From: Bdellovibrionales bacterium
GTDB taxonomy: Bacteria > Bdellovibrionota > Bdellovibrionia > Bdellovibrionales > JAMPXM01
Direction of reading: 5' to 3'
DNA length: 26,457 nt
Assembly: GCA_043739185.1 (NCBI GenBank)
Contig: JAYUEN010000525.1
Span: forward strand, 1-26,457
The translations under genes and the position numbers were made by a program. A model generated the notes under the pieces. It was given only the letters and a program-made list of their open reading frames with translations, was not told the DNA's origin and searched no databases. Of this stretch, positions 1 to 9,498 are shown one piece after another; position 1 is the first letter of the stretch, and each line of letters begins with the position of its first letter.

Positions 1-69
1 GCGACAGGATTCGAACCTGCGACTTCTTCGTCCCGAACGAAGCGCGCTACCAGGCTGCGCTACGCCCCG
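1..69 (-). tRNA. tRNA-Pro(CGG), 3' end truncated by window edge
   Basis: Reverse complement reads CGGGGCGTAGCGCAGCCTGGTAGCGCG-CTTCG-TT-CGG-GA-CGAAG-AAGTC-GCAGG-TTCGAAT-CCTGT-CGC. It shows a D arm, an anticodon stem with CGG anticodon and a T-loop GTTCGAATC. The 3' acceptor strand runs off the window. Confidence 0.96.
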
Positions 70-161
70 ACACTTGCGGAATTTCAAAACACTAGCAAAA
101 AAGATGATATCAGAGAAGTGAATTTCGGCTTTGCGAGGTTCAGCGCGGCGCGCCTCCAAAA

Positions 162-1004
162 CTAAGCAGGTACATTCTGGTTTACTAGCACCTTTGAGCC
201 GATTAGGTGGGCGCCGTGGCTCTTGATTTTACCGGGCCCGTAGAGCGCGATGACGGTTGAGCCCATCTTGAACATACCGAGCTCATCACCTCGGGCTATT
301 GCCTTTGTAGGCTCATAGGTGCGCTCGCGCACATGCTCCTCTAGGCTTCGGCGATTGGTGCAGATGTTTTCATCGTAAAACATTTCGATATTTCCGACAT
401 TGGTTGCGGCAACTAACACCAGTGCGACTTTGCCATAAGAACTTGAGTCAATTAAGGTCACAACTCTTTCATTTTCGGCAAAAAGATTAGGAACACTTTT
501 TACGCTCCATTCGTTAACGGGCCAAAAATCTCCGGGGATATGGCAACTCCAAATTATATTTCCGTCAACTGAGCTATGCACCCGGTGATAATCGGTTGGG
601 CATAAATAATAAGTAATAAAAGTGCCGCCTTCAAATTCAGAGGCGAGGCTTGAGTTTCGCAGTAGCTCGGCACAATTATAGGATTTGCCCTTGGCCTGCA
701 TTAATTTTTGCGACTCGATCTTGCCGGCACTGGTAACCAAAGCATCACATGGATGCAAAATTCCGCTACCGATTGGCCTGAGTCCTGGCTTTAAACGCCG
801 GGTGAAGAAATCACCTAAAGACGAATAGTCAGAAAGGTCTTTTTCAGCCTCATCTAAACGAATTTTATAAAATTCTGCAAATTTTTGAATGATTAAGTGA
901 TTCAGCGGCTCTGGCCACTGTTGGTGCGCAAACTTACCCACCCAGTGACTCAAATCACTTTTAGGCAGTATAGGCATCAGGAGCTTCATTAAAATTTCAT
1001 TCAT
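162..1004 (-). CDS. psd: phosphatidylserine decarboxylase proenzyme
   Basis: Motifs FFTRRLKPGLRPI, YLCPTDYHRVH, NERVV, VAATNVG and the autocleavage site FKMGSTV (LGST-type). Confidence 0.95.
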   Translation of the reverse strand: MNEILMKLLMPILPKSDLSHWVGKFAHQQWPEPLNHLIIQKFAEFYKIRLDEAEKDLSDYSSLGDFFTRRLKPGLRPIGSGILHPCDALVTSAGKIESQKLMQAKGKSYNCAELLRNSSLASEFEGGTFITYYLCPTDYHRVHSSVDGNIIWSCHIPGDFWPVNEWSVKSVPNLFAENERVVTLIDSSSYGKVALVLVAATNVGNIEMFYDENICTNRRSLEEHVRERTYEPTKAIARGDELGMFKMGSTVIALYGPGKIKSHGAHLIGSKVLVNQNVPA

Positions 1005-1213
1005 CTTGAACGAGAGAATATCACGAGTGATTTACTTAGGCAGGCAAAAATTGCAAAGCTTAAGAAAAAGCAGCATTGCTCATTGTGTAGGCATGCGTTT
1101 TAGAGTATTTTAAGCCCACATTTTAGTAGCCCTCATGCTTTTTTAGCCGCGCGGTAAACTATGCAAGAGGCCTAATAGGTTCCATTAACTTTTTTGGGAG
1201 AATACCCAACTGT

Positions 1214-2773
1214 ATGAGCCAAATTTTCGAACAAATCAAAGTCGGCTTAAACGACGATCTCAAAGAAAAGATCACGCTACTTTCTCCTGATTTTCAAGAT
1301 TTTCGAATTTTAAGAAAATCAATTGATGCACGAAAAATTCCGCATTGGGTTTACGCTGTCGAAGTTTTTAAAGCCAATGAAAAAATTCGCCAGCAAGAAT
1401 TTAATTTGGAGCGAATTCCTTCTAGTACATTTGATACCCCAATAATAGTTGGGAGCGGACCAGCAGGGCTTTTCGCAGCCCTGCGATTTGTTGAGCGCGG
1501 AATCAAATGCATTTTGCTTGAACGAGGCTCTCAGAGCGAAAAGCGCATTGGAGCTATCAATAAGTTTTGGCGTTACGGAGAGCTTGATCCAAATAATAAT
1601 GTCTGCTTTGGGGAAGGCGGCGCAGGTCTTTATTCTGACGGCAAATTAATCACGAGAATTAAGTCCCCACATATTCCCTATGTTATGCATAAGCTTGTTG
1701 AGTTTGGAGCTCCAGAAGAAATTAAATATTTGGCAAATCCGCATGTGGGTAGTGATCGTATTCGGCGCGTGATTCCTAAACTTCGGGAGTATTTAAAACA
1801 AAATGGCTGCACGATTTATTTTGATACTTGTGTTAGCTCGCTGATCACAGACTCAAACAATCAAATTCAGGGCGTTGAAACTTCAAACGGCAAGCGATTC
1901 ATGTCAAATCATGTCATCTTAGCCACTGGACATTCGGCCCAAGATGTATTTGAATTTTTAAAAAAATCACAAGTCTTAATTGAGGCCAAAAGCTATGCGC
2001 TCGGACTTCGTATTGAACATCCACAAGCTGCGATCGACAAAATGCAATTTAAAGAATACGCCGGCCACGCCGCTCTCGGTGCTGCCAACTACAAGCTTGC
2101 CAATCATGACAATGCGAGCGGCATTGGCGTCTACAGTTTTTGTATGTGTCCTGGTGGATACGTTTTATCAAGCGGCACCGAAGCGGGTTCAATTGTTGTC
2201 AACGGCATGAGCAATTATCATCGCAATTCAGGCTTTGCAAACTCCGCAGTAGTAGTCAGTATTGATTCGCAAATCTTCGGAAACGACCTTTACGGTGGAA
2301 TGAAATTGCGCACTCAACTTGAAACCGGAGCCTATGATTTAGTGCAAAAATCTGGCGGCACCAAAGAGATTCCGGTTCAAAAAGTGACTGATTTTCTGCG
2401 CATGAAAAAAGGCGACAGCCTAAAGTCTTCTTCTCCATCCGGAGTCGTCGCAACTGAGCTCCACCAACTGCTGCCCACTTGGATTCGTGAAAAACTTAGC
2501 GAGAGCCTCGAAGTCTTCAACCAACAGATGCGCGGATTCATTCACAAGGATGCTCAATTTCATGGAGTCGAAACCAGAACCTCGTGCCCCGTTCGCATCA
2601 CTCGCGATTCAGAAAGCCTAGAGTCTTTAACTCACAAGGGTCTTTACCCCTGCGGCGAAGGCGCAGGTTACGCCGGCGGTATCACCAGTGCTGCCTGTGA
2701 CGGCATCAACTGCGCCGAAAAAATAATTACCCAGCTCGCGCACACCACGAAATATTTGAACCATCTTAATTGA
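1214..2773 (+). CDS. uncharacterized NAD(P)/FAD-dependent oxidoreductase (COG2509-like)
   Basis: IVGSGPAGL Rossmann motif, FGEGGAGLYSDGKL, YSFCMCPGG, VNGMS, GVETRTS and GEGAGYAGGITSAACDG. GGGAG lies upstream. Confidence 0.9.
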   Translation: MSQIFEQIKVGLNDDLKEKITLLSPDFQDFRILRKSIDARKIPHWVYAVEVFKANEKIRQQEFNLERIPSSTFDTPIIVGSGPAGLFAALRFVERGIKCILLERGSQSEKRIGAINKFWRYGELDPNNNVCFGEGGAGLYSDGKLITRIKSPHIPYVMHKLVEFGAPEEIKYLANPHVGSDRIRRVIPKLREYLKQNGCTIYFDTCVSSLITDSNNQIQGVETSNGKRFMSNHVILATGHSAQDVFEFLKKSQVLIEAKSYALGLRIEHPQAAIDKMQFKEYAGHAALGAANYKLANHDNASGIGVYSFCMCPGGYVLSSGTEAGSIVVNGMSNYHRNSGFANSAVVVSIDSQIFGNDLYGGMKLRTQLETGAYDLVQKSGGTKEIPVQKVTDFLRMKKGDSLKSSSPSGVVATELHQLLPTWIREKLSESLEVFNQQMRGFIHKDAQFHGVETRTSCPVRITRDSESLESLTHKGLYPCGEGAGYAGGITSAACDGINCAEKIITQLAHTTKYLNHLN

Positions 2774-2784
2774 AATTTCACTGG

Positions 2785-2982
2785 TCATTTTTTCCCTATC
2801 AATGCCGAAAGAAAAAATATGATGCCACCAAAGATAAGACAAGAAAGCGCCATGATTATAAGACGAATTTTGTGAATCTCTTCATAGTCGATAACTGAGG
2901 GAACTCGCATTAAATAAATGCTTAAACAAAGCAAGACGAAAGCAAGAACTCGGGCTGTTTGTATATTGTCTTTAGGTTCCAC
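2785..2982 (-). CDS. small hypothetical membrane protein (two TM helices)
   Basis: 65 aa with two hydrophobic stretches (VLAFVLLCLSIYLM; LIIMALSCLIFGGIIFFLSALI). It starts 4 bp after the scpB stop and fills the gap exactly. Confidence 0.6.
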   Translation of the reverse strand: MEPKDNIQTARVLAFVLLCLSIYLMRVPSVIDYEEIHKIRLIIMALSCLIFGGIIFFLSALIGKK

Positions 2983-2986
2983 TATA

Positions 2987-4351
2987 CTAAAATTCTGCTA
3001 TGCCTTCATCTTCATGGTCTTTGCTAGAATCTTCAAATTCGAGACTCTCTTCAAGGATCTCTTCAAGTTTTTCTTCTTCAATTGAGGCTGAGGTTTCGAC
3101 AAGAACTTCAACTAGAGTTTCGCCAACTTCGGCAGCTATCAAATCAGCCTTGGCTTTTTCTTCGGCCTGCATTGCAAGCTCAGCAAGCTTTGCCTCATAG
3201 CGCTTTAGCCAAGTGACATCTTTGTCTTCGACTGGAGTACCCAGCATAAGTGCTTCGTTGATATCTTCGGCACGTTCGCGATCGCGCTTTTCTTTTTCGC
3301 GCTTCTTTTCATTTTCAAAAAATTCACTTGATGTATGAATTTCAGAAAGTTGATCCGTAATTTGAATGAGCTCGGTTTCGCCCTCTGAATATGTGCTGGT
3401 AATGGCGGTCGACATTTCATCAGTCAAATCTGAAAGATTTTGTTTCTCATCTTCAGGATCGCCAATTCCCTCAGGAATAAGCTGATCAATTTCAGTGAGG
3501 CTTGGTAGCTCTTTTAAGTTTCTCAGTCCAAAAATTTCTAAAAATTTGCGAGTCGTCCCATACTGCATGGGTTTTCCCGGAAGTTCGCTTTTACCTTGAA
3601 AACTTACCAAGCCACGATCCATAAGGGCGCGCAAGAGATGTCCGCTCTCGACTCCACGAATTTGATCGATCTCTGATTTAACGATGGGCTGTTTGTAAGC
3701 GACAATCGAAAGAGTTTCGAGCGAAGGACCAGTTAACTTAAATGGTCGCTCTTTTGTCATTCGAAGTAAAAACTGGGCGTTGTCAGGCTTAGTTCGCAAT
3801 TGATAACCACCCGCGATTTCTTCTAACATCACTCCTCGCTCAGAAGCTGCAAAGCGCGAGGCCAAAACGTCGAGGGCTTTTGAAATATCCTTGCTCTTAA
3901 TATTGGTGCCGCGAAAAGCTTCGCGCATAAGACTAATTGAAACAGGCTTGTCATAAGAGAACAGTAAACTTTCGATGATAGAGTAAAATCTTTCGGTATC
4001 TACAAACTCAAATGGCAAATCGCTCTCTGGCGGCGGCTCGGCCAGTGTCGAACTCATCTCAGTTGAACTCATTTCGGAAGAGCCCAATACAGCTGAGCTC
4101 ATCTCTTCAGGAGTCAATTCGCTGGCCATATCATCTGGCAGCTCTAGTTTTTGAGCGTCTATTTCGCTTTCTTCGATAAAATTCATTTCGTTTTTAAATT
4201 GCCATTTAATATTGTCTAGACTTTCAGTTGTTTCTTCTGAATTTTGGGCTTCATTTACTTGAGCTTCGGAAGTCGCTTCGTGAGTGGGCTCTGCTGGTGC
4301 TTCGGCTTCAATTTCGGACTCTTTTTCATTAGGCAAATTTTTATCGTTCAT
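2987..4351 (-). CDS. scpB: SMC-ScpAB condensin subunit ScpB with long acidic N- and C-terminal extensions
   Basis: Core motifs IIESLLF, EIAGGYQLRTKP, LETLSIVAYKQPI, EIDQIRGV and PGKPMQYGTTRKFLEIFGLRNLKELP. Start placed at ATG 4351 after GAGGAG (ORF track extends to 4363). Confidence 0.95.
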   Translation of the reverse strand: MNDKNLPNEKESEIEAEAPAEPTHEATSEAQVNEAQNSEETTESLDNIKWQFKNEMNFIEESEIDAQKLELPDDMASELTPEEMSSAVLGSSEMSSTEMSSTLAEPPPESDLPFEFVDTERFYSIIESLLFSYDKPVSISLMREAFRGTNIKSKDISKALDVLASRFAASERGVMLEEIAGGYQLRTKPDNAQFLLRMTKERPFKLTGPSLETLSIVAYKQPIVKSEIDQIRGVESGHLLRALMDRGLVSFQGKSELPGKPMQYGTTRKFLEIFGLRNLKELPSLTEIDQLIPEGIGDPEDEKQNLSDLTDEMSTAITSTYSEGETELIQITDQLSEIHTSSEFFENEKKREKEKRDRERAEDINEALMLGTPVEDKDVTWLKRYEAKLAELAMQAEEKAKADLIAAEVGETLVEVLVETSASIEEEKLEEILEESLEFEDSSKDHEDEGIAEF

Positions 4352-4359
4352 CATACTCC

Positions 4360-5463
4360 TCAAATATTTTGTTCTGTACCTGGTTCAGAATCCACTGGGA
4401 CTTCTGGGAGAGGTAGAGCAGCCACTTCTAAATTCGGCTGCAACTCAAGTTCAACTTCGGCATTTAAAATTTCTTCATCGGTTGCGGCCGTCACGCCATC
4501 TTCTGCGTCACTCAATTCAAAATCATTATCGAGCTCAGAGTTCGAAAGCTCGCCTTCGAGCCCGGCAAAACTCGTTTGTTCACTTGCGAGAGGTGCCACT
4601 TCAGCTGGAGAACTATCGTCTGAAGTCATATCTACAAATACTTTATCACTCTTAAAGAGCTTATCACTCAGTCCTGCATTTTCGTTGGCATCAAACTCTT
4701 GAACCCGCGTAAGGCCCGCTGCTGCAATCTCAGTTTTGGCTTCAATATGAATATCTGAAAAAACTTCGGTCTGAAAAAGTGAGACGAAACCCAATCGGCC
4801 CAATTCGAGAACCGATAAGAATGTAATCAAAAGTTGAGTGCGAAAATCTTTTGGATCTGAAGCTTTGGCATCACGGTTCACAATATCGGCCAGCAAAACT
4901 CGTCGTCCCACGATCAGGCGATCTTTGATTTGCATAATTCGAGCGGCAATTGAAAGCGTCTTAGCTTTTACTTGGTGAACCGCATTTTTCATTTTTTTAA
5001 TCGAACGTCGATAGGCACCAATCAAAGCAAAAAGTGCATTGTCTGCCTCAATGACTACGGCCCCGGTTTGATCTTCAGCTCGATAAGTTGCACCCCTACC
5101 GAAGACATCTCGACCCAGCAAATATCTCTTTAATAAATTTTTCCCCGCCGCCTGGTACTTTTGATATTCAAGCAACATTTGAACGAGTTCTTTGCGCGGA
5201 TCTTCAGTCTCTGCAATCTCGCCGTCTTCATTATAATTAGGCAGCAACATTCTAGATTTAATTTGCAAAAGAGTTGCGGCCATAGCCACGAAATCACCGG
5301 CAACTTCTAGATCGAGCTCCTTCATGAGTCTGATATGCTCCATATATTGAGTTGTAATCTCAAAAATATTGATATCAAAAATATCCATCTCTTCTTTGCG
5401 AATAAGATAGAGTAGGAGTGGCAACGGACCTTCAAATTTTTGTAAATGGACGCGGTAACTCAA
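4360..5463 (-). CDS. scpA: segregation and condensation protein A (kleisin) with acidic C-terminal tail
   Basis: FEGPLPLLLYLIRKEEMDI, FVAMAATLLQIKSRMLLP, EDPRKELV and TFLSVLELGR. Adjacent to scpB, with a TTG start after GGAG. Confidence 0.95.
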   Translation of the reverse strand: MSYRVHLQKFEGPLPLLLYLIRKEEMDIFDINIFEITTQYMEHIRLMKELDLEVAGDFVAMAATLLQIKSRMLLPNYNEDGEIAETEDPRKELVQMLLEYQKYQAAGKNLLKRYLLGRDVFGRGATYRAEDQTGAVVIEADNALFALIGAYRRSIKKMKNAVHQVKAKTLSIAARIMQIKDRLIVGRRVLLADIVNRDAKASDPKDFRTQLLITFLSVLELGRLGFVSLFQTEVFSDIHIEAKTEIAAAGLTRVQEFDANENAGLSDKLFKSDKVFVDMTSDDSSPAEVAPLASEQTSFAGLEGELSNSELDNDFELSDAEDGVTAATDEEILNAEVELELQPNLEVAALPLPEVPVDSEPGTEQNI

Positions 5464-5640
5464 ATATTAATTTCTCCAAATTTTGAGTCGCAAGACTTAT
5501 TTTCCCGACCAAAGCCTCGTTCAACTCATTTCATTGAATCAAGCGCTGAGCCGTGATGCAAGCAGCTTTTTTGTTCTAATTAAAAAAATGAATGCGATTT
5601 ATCAAAGAATCTTCTTGAGTTGCTTGAATCATTGGCATTT

Positions 5641-6309
5641 TTACGAAATAAGACGGGTCGCACACCACATGAAAAGATTGCTGAAAAAATTGACCGGAAT
5701 CAGAATAATTCGAAATCCACCAAACATCAGGAAAAATAGCAGAACCATATTAATTGTACCCTGATGCTCATATAGTTTGCGGTTGATCTCATAAGGCAAA
5801 AAACGTTCAATGACTTTGCCGCCATCAAGCGGATGAAGCGGAATCAAATTGAAAAATGCGAGCACCAAATTAACCTGCAGAAAACTGACCAACATAGTCT
5901 CTGCCGCTGATGAGGTTTCGCTTTGACCCGCGCTAAATAAAAAGGCGATCAAAAGGGCCGCAACAATTGAGAGAAAAATATTTGAGAGCGGGCCAGCCAG
6001 AGCGATCCAAAACATATCGACTTTTGGATTCTTTAAATTTCTAGAATTAACTGGCACAGGTTTGGCCCAACCAAAAAACGGAAAACTTGAAACCGTTGCC
6101 ATTATCGGCAAAATGAAGGTGCCAAGCATATCAGCATGTGCCATCGGATTGAGAGTGAGCCGACCCTGTTGCTCCCCGGTATTGTCGCCGCGAAGCTTTG
6201 CAACCCAGGCATGTGAAAACTCATGAAAACAAAGCGCGAATAAAAAAGGAATATAACCGACGGCAAGCTTTGCAAGAATCTCGAGAACATCTGCATTTCG
6301 ACCCATCAC
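5641..6309 (-). CDS. site-2 protease family (M50) intramembrane zinc metalloprotease
   Basis: HEFSH (HExxH), [26 protein letters not shown] and [12 protein letters not shown] (NxxPxxxLDG). Confidence 0.93.
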   Translation of the reverse strand: MMGRNADVLEILAKLAVGYIPFLFALCFHEFSHAWVAKLRGDNTGEQQGRLTLNPMAHADMLGTFILPIMATVSSFPFFGWAKPVPVNSRNLKNPKVDMFWIALAGPLSNIFLSIVAALLIAFLFSAGQSETSSAAETMLVSFLQVNLVLAFFNLIPLHPLDGGKVIERFLPYEINRKLYEHQGTINMVLLFFLMFGGFRIILIPVNFFSNLFMWCATRLIS

Positions 6310-6698
6310 TCACCCACGATTTCTTTAACTTTTAAAACAATATCTGCGATCGAAGTTCCTGGCCCAAACACAGCTGCGATACCTTGCTTTTCGAGAGTCT
6401 TAACATCCTCAACCGGAATGATTCCTCCGACAAAAATCGGTTTGTCTAATTTTTTTTGCTTGAGCAAATTTTGAATAGCACTCACTAGTGGCAAATGCGC
6501 TCCCGATAAAATTGAAAGCCCCACGATGTCGACATCTTCTTGCAGAGCAGCGTTCACAACCATTTCTGGAGTCTGGTGAAGCCCAGTATAAATTACTTCA
6601 AAGCCCGCATCTCTCAAACCGCGAGCAACCACCTTTGCGCCGCGATCGTGTCCGTCTAAACCTGGTTTTGCTACAAGTACTCGAATTATTTTTTGCAT
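6306..6698 (-). CDS. cobalamin-binding domain protein (stand-alone small subunit of methylmalonyl/acyl-CoA mutase)
   Basis: [21 protein letters not shown] (DxHxxG base-off motif), [15 protein letters not shown] and FGPGT. Start placed at ATG 6698 (MQKIIRV). Confidence 0.93.
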   Translation of the reverse strand: MQKIIRVLVAKPGLDGHDRGAKVVARGLRDAGFEVIYTGLHQTPEMVVNAALQEDVDIVGLSILSGAHLPLVSAIQNLLKQKKLDKPIFVGGIIPVEDVKTLEKQGIAAVFGPGTSIADIVLKVKEIVGE

Positions 6699-6746
6699 TG
6701 ACTGATCGTACAACAGAGTTAGACTGACGTGCAAGCGGAGGATCAA

Positions 6747-7907
6747 ATGTCTTTACCAAACGGCCAACCAGCCCTAACTTACCTATCAGAAGAAGAAAAA
6801 TCCTTTAAAGAAGCTGTGCGTGATTTCAGCGAAGGCGAGATTAAGCCCCTGGTCTCTAAAATGGATGCCGAAGCTCAGCTTGAACCCAAATTACTTCCGA
6901 AACTTTTTGAAATGGGACTCATGGGCATTGAATCTCCCGAAAAATACGGTGGAGCGGGCTCTTCTTTTTCAATGGCCTGCTTTGCAATCGAGGAATTGGC
7001 GCGTGTCGATGGCTCAGTGAGCGTACTTGTCGACGTTCAAAATACTCTTGTGACCAATGCATTTCTCAAATGGGGCAATGAAGCTCAACGCACAAAATAT
7101 TTGCCAAAGCTTTCTCGCGAAATGGTCGGCGCGTATGCTCTTTCAGAAAGCACCTCGGGAAGTGATGCCTTTGCGCTAAAACTTTCTGCACAGGACAAAG
7201 GCGATAAATATATTTTAAATGGTTCAAAACTATGGATCACCAACGCCAAAGAAGCCGGCGTTTTTCTGGTGTTTGCAACAATTGATAATAAACTAGGCTA
7301 TAAGGGCATCACCGCATTTATAGTTGAAAAAGGCTTTGCTGGTTTTTCAGTCGGAAAAAAAGAGGACAAACTTGGCATTCGCGCAAGCTCAACTTGCGAG
7401 CTGCTTTTTCAAAATTGCGAAATTCCAAAAGCAAATGTTATGGGCGAAATTGGCAAGGGATACAAAATTGCCATTGAAACTCTCAACGAGGGCCGCATTG
7501 GTATTGGCGCGCAAATGCTCGGCATTGCCCAGGGAGCTTATGAGGCCACTCTTGGCTACGTAAAATCACGTGAACAATTTGGCAAGTCGATTGCGAGTTT
7601 TCAAGGCGTACAATTTCAATTGGCAGAGATGCGCTTAATGCTCGAGTCGTCAAGACTAATGGTCTATAATGCCGCACGCTTAAAGGATTCGGGTCAGGAT
7701 TTTATTTTGCCAGCAGCGATGGCAAAGCTTTATTCATCACGAGCCGCTGAAAAAATTTGCTCAACGGCCATCGATCTCTTTGGTGGAAACGGATTTACTA
7801 AAGAATATCCAGTTGAAAAATTTTGGCGCGATGCCAAGATTGGTCAGATCTATGAAGGAACAAGCAATATGCAACTCGGAACAATTGCAAAAGCTGAATT
7901 GGGTTAG
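6747..7907 (+). CDS. acyl-CoA dehydrogenase (short/branched-chain type)
   Basis: [50 protein letters not shown] and [19 protein letters not shown] 6747 follows GGAGG. Confidence 0.95.
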   Translation: MSLPNGQPALTYLSEEEKSFKEAVRDFSEGEIKPLVSKMDAEAQLEPKLLPKLFEMGLMGIESPEKYGGAGSSFSMACFAIEELARVDGSVSVLVDVQNTLVTNAFLKWGNEAQRTKYLPKLSREMVGAYALSESTSGSDAFALKLSAQDKGDKYILNGSKLWITNAKEAGVFLVFATIDNKLGYKGITAFIVEKGFAGFSVGKKEDKLGIRASSTCELLFQNCEIPKANVMGEIGKGYKIAIETLNEGRIGIGAQMLGIAQGAYEATLGYVKSREQFGKSIASFQGVQFQLAEMRLMLESSRLMVYNAARLKDSGQDFILPAAMAKLYSSRAAEKICSTAIDLFGGNGFTKEYPVEKFWRDAKIGQIYEGTSNMQLGTIAKAELG

Positions 7908-8035
7908 ACCTAAAAATTCTTGATTCGAGAATTTAAAGACTGCTGAAAAAGTATTGCGCCTTTAGAATATCAACTCTCTTGCTTCCCTCAAACTAAAAGG
8001 ATAGAACAGGCCTTTCAATCTTGACGGGAGTTCGA

Positions 8036-8332
8036 ATGCGAATCGCACTAAATTCACTCAGTCTGTTTCTCAAAGAAAAACGCGAAGAGTCTGGCCTCAG
8101 CCAGCTCGAAGTTGCAAAACAAATCGGATATTCATCACCGCAATTTGTTTCGAACTGGGAGCGCGGAATCGTAGCTCCTCCTATTGAAACCATCGCAATT
8201 CTCATTGATCTTTATAAAATTCAGCCCAACCATATCATTCAAAAAATCGTCGAAGACACAAAAGATTATCTAGATGTACACTTGAGCACTCCAAAGAAAC
8301 GTAAAGCGACAATTAAGAAACAGACTCACTAA
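8036..8332 (+). CDS. XRE-family helix-turn-helix transcriptional regulator
   Basis: LKEKREESGLSQLEVAKQIGYSSPQFVSNWERG. GGGAG precedes ATG 8036. Confidence 0.9.
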   Translation: MRIALNSLSLFLKEKREESGLSQLEVAKQIGYSSPQFVSNWERGIVAPPIETIAILIDLYKIQPNHIIQKIVEDTKDYLDVHLSTPKKRKATIKKQTH

Positions 8333-8415
8333 GGGCTCCAGACCAGACTCCCAGTTTTTTATTTCTTAAATATGCCTAATCTGTTTGCGATGCCTTTGGT
8401 TTCGTACTAATCTTA

Positions 8416-9498
8416 GTGCGTGAGGATATACGCCTGAATTACCTTCGAAAAACCAAACTTTTAATTATTCGCTTTTCAAGTTTTGGCGATATCGTACAAG
8501 CTATCTCTGTGCCCTACCATTTTGCCGAAAACAATCCAAACTCAGAAGTTCACTGGTTGGTTCGCGAAGATTACGCTGAAATTTTAGAGCCACAAACGAC
8601 CATTGCCAATGTAATTCCATTTTCTCGAAATTTAGGCCTTTTGGGAATTCTCAGCCTCGCCTGGAAGTTAGCCGGAAAAGGCTATACGCATGTTTACGAT
8701 GCCCACAATAATCTACGCTCTAATATAGTGGTGGCGGTTTTTTATATCAGAAAATTAGTTAGTATATTTGGTGGACCAGGTAAATTTTTATTTTTGCAAA
8801 GACCCAAACATCGCATTAAAAGATTTTTTCTCTTTAATTTTCATATCAATAAATTTGAAAATCCGTTTATTGCAAGTTTTTCCTATCTTGAACCGCTCAC
8901 CAAATGGGGCATCGGCTATAGCTCCAGAAATCTTCTGGGATTGAATCGCTTTCTGGTATCAAGCGAAGCGCGTGAAAAAGCCAATTCTGTTTTGAGAGAG
9001 CTTTCTCTCGAACCACTTAGCTTTATAACTCTAGTGCCCTCTGCCGCCTGGAAGATGAAGCGTTGGCCCGTTGCTCACTGGCGACAATTAGTAAAAAATT
9101 GTCCTGACCAGAAATTTATTATTCTCGGCGGGCCCAAAGATCGCTTTTGTAAGGATATTGCAGCTGTGGCCCCTGATCGGGTTTTTAACTTATGCGGAGA
9201 GCTCACCCTGATTGAAAGCTGTGCGATGATTGAAATCTCGCGCAAAGTAATCTCTGGTGACACCGGATTACTTCATGTAGCTGATCAAATGCAAATTTCA
9301 ACAATTGCTTTGATCGGACCAACTGCTTTTGGCTATCCCGCCTCCCCGCGCTCGATTTCTCTGCATCGAAATCTCGATTGCCAACCTTGTTCAAAAGATG
9401 GCCGCGGCCAATGCCGCAATAAAGTTTATCAAAAGTGCATGGTCGACATTCGCCCCGAATATGTTATTCACAAAACCTTCGAAGACGGCGTTCTGTGA
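8416..9498 (+). CDS. glycosyltransferase family 9 (LPS heptosyltransferase-like)
   Basis: LIIRFSSFGDIV, KRWP, ILGGPKD, GDTGLLHVA and a C-terminal CQPCSKDG. Adjacent to waaA. Confidence 0.92.
   Translation: MREDIRLNYLRKTKLLIIRFSSFGDIVQAISVPYHFAENNPNSEVHWLVREDYAEILEPQTTIANVIPFSRNLGLLGILSLAWKLAGKGYTHVYDAHNNLRSNIVVAVFYIRKLVSIFGGPGKFLFLQRPKHRIKRFFLFNFHINKFENPFIASFSYLEPLTKWGIGYSSRNLLGLNRFLVSSEAREKANSVLRELSLEPLSFITLVPSAAWKMKRWPVAHWRQLVKNCPDQKFIILGGPKDRFCKDIAAVAPDRVFNLCGELTLIESCAMIEISRKVISGDTGLLHVADQMQISTIALIGPTAFGYPASPRSISLHRNLDCQPCSKDGRGQCRNKVYQKCMVDIRPEYVIHKTFEDGVL

Noticed and set aside
3000..4702. Ser-rich plus-strand ORFs opposite scpA/scpB (and similar shadow ORFs opposite the pst/pho genes and the lipoproteins)
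   Set aside because: They are antisense shadows of Glu-rich or biased real genes.
5483..5764. 93-aa plus-strand ORF between scpA and the site-2 protease
   Set aside because: It overlaps the site-2 protease antisense, covers the scpA upstream region and has no motifs.
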